This document shows positions 59,460-64,000 of a stretch of DNA of 64,000 nt, in pieces. The translations under genes and the position numbers were made by a program. The notes under the pieces were generated by a model. The model ran no database searches, had not been told where the DNA came from, and was given only the letters and a program-made list of their open reading frames with translations. Each line of letters begins with the position of its first letter. Position 1 is the stretch's first letter. The DNA is from Camelus ferus (taxonomy: Eukaryota), in the NCBI RefSeq assembly GCF_009834535.1, contig NC_045705.1:55242001-55306000 (forward strand), written 5' to 3'.

Positions 59460-60470
59460 AGAGAGAGCCTGCGGGCGGGCGGGCCGCGGAAGGAGAGCGC
59501 TGAGGCGCGCGGCGGCCGCTCGCTGGCCCGGGGGTCCGAGGCCTGAGGTGCTTGCCGGAGACGCGGGGAGCGCCTGCGGCGGAGGCTTCCGACGGAGGGC
59601 CGCGCGCGACGGCGTCCCTGGCGGGCCCCGAGCGGCCTCGCGGTGGGCGGGGCCCGGCAGTCCGCGGTGACCTCAGGGGTCCTCCTGCGCGACCCAGGCG
59701 CCGCGAGGAGCAGGCCCTTGGGACGAGGCCTCCTCCACCTTCCCGTCTCGTCGGTTACGGCTTTACCAGCTTCGCCGTCAAATGCGAGGACCGAGGAAGT
59801 CGGCTTCCTGGACCAAGGAATCGTGAGGAAGGTGCGTGTAGAGTTTAAGGTTTAAGTTTAAGGTTTAAAATTAAGGCTGTGCAGCGACTTCCGTATTCCT
59901 GGCTCCACCTCCTGGCCTTCTGACCTGTCGAGCAAGTTACTTAAGCCCCCTGAAGCTCGGCCGTGTAGCTGTAGAACGCGGGTAGTAATAGTGCCTGCTT
60001 TATGAGACGGCCGAGGGAACGGATCGGGCTCTCCCGTGGGTACCGCGCCCGAGAGCCAGCCCGTGGCCGTCCGCGCTGTGACTGGGCGGCGGGGCTCAGC
60101 CGCCGCCCTTCCTCTGGCTCGCGTGCTGGAGCCCCACGAGTGGAAGTGTGGGGAAGGAAAAAGACTCAGCTCTTGGCAGAGGAGCGAGAAGTAGCTAGCT
60201 GGTTCCAGGGGGGTCGTTTCTGTGTCTTCAGTGATAAGGTGACAGATGGACATTTGGTTCATGTCAGCCGACATTGCCCGCGCGGAGGGTGCTGAGAAGA
60301 GTCCGACTCCCTGGCTGTGCAGGAGCTGCCCCTGTACCAGTGCGGGTGAGGGACGTGGTCCCTTAACGAGGCCTGTGGGCGGGGGTGATGCGGAGAGTGC
60401 GGCGGAAAGCCAGACGAGGTGACAGTTGTGTGCAGCCGTCCGGGTCAGGGACAGCTTCCGAGCATTGAGC
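59460..60470. promoter_or_regulatory. CpG island, gene unidentified
   Basis: Dense CpG and GC boxes (gggcgggcggg, gtgggcgggg); ETS motifs GGAAGT 59795-59800 and ACTTCCG 59887-59893; splice signals on both strands. Confidence 0.88.
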
Positions 60471-60829
60471 ATTAAACTCAGCACTCCGTTGGAGGAACAG
60501 TAGATTTTCCCCGCCTACAAGGAAGGGAAGGGATATTACACCAAGAGAAAAACAGCATTAAGTACTATGTTAAAAGTTTTCAGATTCCTTATACTTTTCC
60601 ACACTCTCTTATAAACGTGTGGTGTCTGCATCCATAGCAAAAGTTAACTGCTTTTGAAGGACACGTGAAGACTCAGAGTTTTATCTCCCCAAAGTCACCC
60701 AGCTGCTGAGTCCCAGACCAAGACCAGAACCCCTGTATGTTAGGATGGTGTTTCTACCGTGCCTTACGGCCTCACGCATGTAAGCATCTTGGAGTCACAG
60801 CCTCTACGATTTATAAAGCACAGTATTTC

Positions 60830-60995
60830 AACCTCGACTGCCTGTCAGAGTCACCTGGAGGGCTTCAAAAATTACAGATGCCTGAGCCACCTCCAGACCT
60901 GTTAAATCAGAAGGGGTGTGGAATGCATGGAAGGGACCTATAATTTTCTTTTTAAAGCATTGCAGGTGATTTTGGTACACAGGTCTGAGAATTAC
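60830..60995. mobile_element. MER5-like hAT MITE
   Basis: cagagtcacctggagggcttcaaaaattacagatgcctgagccacctccagacctgttaaatcagaa...aggtgattttggtacacaggtctgagaattact. Confidence 0.7.
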
Positions 60996-61179
60996 TAGAT
61001 TCCAGCTTTTTTTAATTTGACAGCACATCTATGTCTGAAAGTTTGATTCACATGAGTGTTACGTTTCAGATGCTCAGAAAATAAGAATTCTTGAATTCTC
61101 TAGGCTCATGATAGACAAGAAGTATAATTGACATGTTCCTCCTTGGCCAGGAGATTTTTCCTTCATTTTCAATCCTTTC

Positions 61180-61560
61180 AATCCAAAAATGAGGGCAAGG
61201 TAAGATCAAGTACATGAATGAATGCACAGGTTTTTATTTATTGAGAGGAAACCGGAGTAATTGGTTTTGGGAGAAATGCCTAAAAGATGAATACATTCTG
61301 GTGTGATTGGTTGATTAGGTGGTTGTGATTGGTAGGTGTATTCATCTGTCTGATTTATAATTAAGTTAGCCTATGTCAATAAGTCTGTCAAAGCAGTCTC
61401 TGGAAAAGTAATCCCTGGAGATAGTTGTGGGAAGAGGAGAATTCCATGGCTGTGTGTGATGAGTTGGCCCCCTGTAGCTGCAAGGGAAGCTGAGAAAGCA
61501 GAGAGCAGGATTACAGTGATGGGCTTAGGCCAGTCACAGTCCATCACCCAGACGTGTCAC
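61180..61560 (-). mobile_element. MaLR (late MLT1-type) LTR relic
   Basis: ccctgtagctgcaagggaagctgagaaagc and gtgattggttgattagg motifs; boundaries approximate. Confidence 0.55.
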
Positions 61561-62749
61561 TGCCTTGAATCAAACTAAAGTGATGCTAAACTGAGAAGAA
61601 AGTAGAGAATGGATTTTGGTTAAGCAGCTAAAAGAGTCTGCCACAACTTTGTTGAACCTGTTGTTTTCCAAATGTTTTGGATACAACCTGTTTTATGAAA
61701 TAACCATGAAATCTTGGAAAGTGCCAGCCTCACACACACACATACAGCTGACATACAAACAAACAATTTGGGGATTGGACTGTGTTTGTACTGAGAATTT
61801 TTATTTATTTCGAGGTGAATCAGACTCCCTGATTGGGAACAATCTTGATTTGTCAGACTGACTTTTCCTGAATAGGTTTCCTTAGAAAATGCCATGGATG
61901 AACTCTGCCTTTAGACACTGCAGATTAATAGGACGTGTAGAGATAGGCCTCAGACATCCATATGTCTGCATGTTTTCATTTCACAGATTTGGAAACTGAG
62001 GTCCAGAGAGATTAGGTAATTTACTCTTAAGTGAGAGACTTTGTCTCTGGGCATCCAGGCTGGCATTTTCCCATCTCATTATATTATCTTTCTTGTCCCT
62101 CTCTCTACCTGTAGCATTTTCACTCATAAGATGATGTAGGGCCCCACAATTGTACATATTTATTTGACTTTGGATTTTTTGGCTTTTTACATTTCAAGTA
62201 AAGATATTTTGTAGATTATGTTTTTAATTACCTGCTTATGTTGTTCAGTGATGCTTATGGAAAAAGATGTAAAGAATTAAAAGCATTATTTTTAGCTAAA
62301 AGTGTAATTTTAATTATCCCATAATTAGTGAAAGTTGGATTGTATTCAATTTTATGTTAATGTGGTCGTTAACTACAGTTACCACTTGCTTGTGTATTTT
62401 TAAACATGATTTTAAATAATCAAAGTAAAGCTTTGTACTTTGTCTCTTAAAATTAATATTGTTACGCTTTACCTAGATAATGGCTTAGCACTCAGTTCTA
62501 AGCTGCTCTCAAATCCCACTTTGTCCTGTAGTGCTTCAAAATTTGAAAGCAAAATTTCAAATAAAATTTCTCCTTAGAGAGTCTGTGCTGAATCAAATCT
62601 TCATTTTATACCATATGACATGACTTCTGAGTAGATGCTAACTCTTTCAAAGCCTTAATGAATTTGCTACAGTAGATAAAGACCTGGCTTGCTCTAGGAA
62701 AAAATCCCAACCTACTATGCAGAATGTAATCAATTGGCACAGAACTATC

Positions 62750-63610
62750 TATCTAAAAGCAAAATAGATTTCACAGCCTAAGGATAGGCAAAGGACCTGA
62801 ACAGAGTTTTTCCAAACAAGATTTACAAATGGCCAATAAGGACATGAAAAGATGGTTAACATCAATAGCAGTCAGAGGAATACAGCTTAAAACTTCATTA
62901 AGATACCGCTTCATGCTCCCTGAGGTGGCTACAGTCGAGACAGATAAGAAATAATACCAAGTGAGAATGTGGCAAAATTGGAACCCTAACATACTGCTGG
63001 TGAGAATGTAAAATGGTGCAGCTGCCTTTGAAAACAGTCTGGCAGTTTTAAAAAATATTTAAGGTTAAATACAGAGCTATCATGTGACCCAGCAATTCCA
63101 CTCTAGAGGGAGAAATGAAAACATACTTACTCAACAATAAATTTTTTAAAATGGGCAATAGATTTGAATAGATGTTTTTCCACAGGAGATGTACAGTGGC
63201 CAATAAGCACAAGAAAAGATGCTCGACATCATTAGCCATTAGGGAAATGCAAATCAAAATCACAGTGAGATACCACTTCACACCATGAAGAAAGCTGTCA
63301 TCAAAGTCATATGGTAATAAGTGTTGAGAATGTGGAAAAAGTGAAATCCTTGTACATTNNNNNNNNNNNNNNNNNNNNNNNNNNNNNNNNNNNNNNNNNN
63401 NNNNNNNNNNNNNNNNNNNNNNNNNNNNNNNNNNNNNNNNNNNNNNNNNNNNNNNNNNNNNNNNNNNNNNNNNNNNNNNNNNNNNNNNNNNNNNNNNNNN
63501 NNNNNNNNNNNNNNNNNNNNNNNNNNNNNNNNNNNNNNNNNATGGATATATAAAATGTATATCCATGCGGTGGGATATTTGGCCATAAAAAGGAAGGACA
63601 TGGTGATCCA
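62750..63610 (+). mobile_element. Two consecutive L1 ORF2 C-terminal fragments, containing N gap 63359..63540
   Basis: ggcaaaggacctgaacagag...caaatggccaataaggacatgaaaagatg (about 62790) and aaaatgggcaatagatttgaatag...ggaaatgcaaatcaaaatcacagtgagataccacttcacacc (about 63150). Confidence 0.85.
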
Positions 63611-63613
63611 GTC

Positions 63614-63636
63614 AAAAAAAAAAAAAAAAAAAAAAA
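63614..63636. repeat. Pure A23 tract
   Basis: Direct reading. Confidence 0.95.
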
Positions 63637-64000
63637 GCTAGAGAAGAGATTAACAATGGGATTGTGGAAGGCTTGGCATTCCCGAGAAGTTTGGGCTTTA
63701 TCTTGTAATCAATAAATCATTATACAAGGGTTGTAAGAGAAAACACAGAAAGATTTTTTGTTTTTAAGCATACCACCCAGGCTGCAACATAGCTGATGCC
63801 TGTGGAGAGGTCGAGGATGGGAAGCTGAGAGAGGAGGAGACTAGATTAGTTAGGAAGCTATTGCAACAGAACAGGTGAAGAATGACCAAAGCCTGAGCAA
63901 GGGCATGTAGGTGAGAATGGTGAGTCATGTCTAGATTCTAGACATTGCTGAGTTGTGGTCAGGCACCTATGTTTATATTTCTGTTTGCAAGTGACAGTGT

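Noticed and set aside
59368-60484. ORFs of 70-208 aa across the orphan CpG island
   Set aside because: Arg/Gly/Ala/Pro-rich, stop-poor GC artefacts; they run through MIR/L2 relics and show no domain.
63614-63636. A23 tract as the tail of a retrocopy
   Set aside because: Upstream sequence is L1-derived, no mRNA-like body, and no clear TSD.
1-64000. Prokaryotic-type systems (CRISPR arrays, operons, rRNA)
   Set aside because: None seen; this is intron-containing mammalian DNA with no regularly spaced direct repeats.

Overview
Mammalian genomic DNA. Two tRNA-Ala-type SINEs of the camelid vic-1 class suggest alpaca/llama/camel. The gene order matches the human 11p15.4 block as I recall it: CNGA4 (minus, 6 coding exons, 575 aa) head-to-head across a CpG island with FHIP1B/FAM160A2 (plus, 11 coding exons, inferred 972 aa, or 986 aa with an alternative donor). 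FHIP1B is tail-to-tail with C11orf42 (minus, 3 exons, 333 aa), followed by two intact single-exon class I olfactory receptors, OR52W1 (minus) and OR52B2 (plus). The rest is MIR/L2/L1/MaLR/DNA-transposon relics and microsatellites, plus five N gaps: three over FHIP1B coding sequence and two in L1. Gene names and orthologue comparisons come from remembered protein sequences, not from searches. I found no novel protein-coding system. The best leads are regulatory: (1) an orphan CpG-island promoter at about 59.5-60.5 kb with splice signals on both strands and CpG-enriched MIR/L2 relics; (2) an RBFOX/NOVA motif cluster with candidate cassette exons and an intronic poly(A) signal in FHIP1B intron 9; (3) a multi-uORF FHIP1B leader including an AUGA-coupled uORF pair; (4) an OR-type promoter and first exon at about 56.9 kb with no receptor CDS in the window; (5) substitutions at normally conserved CNGA4 residues.
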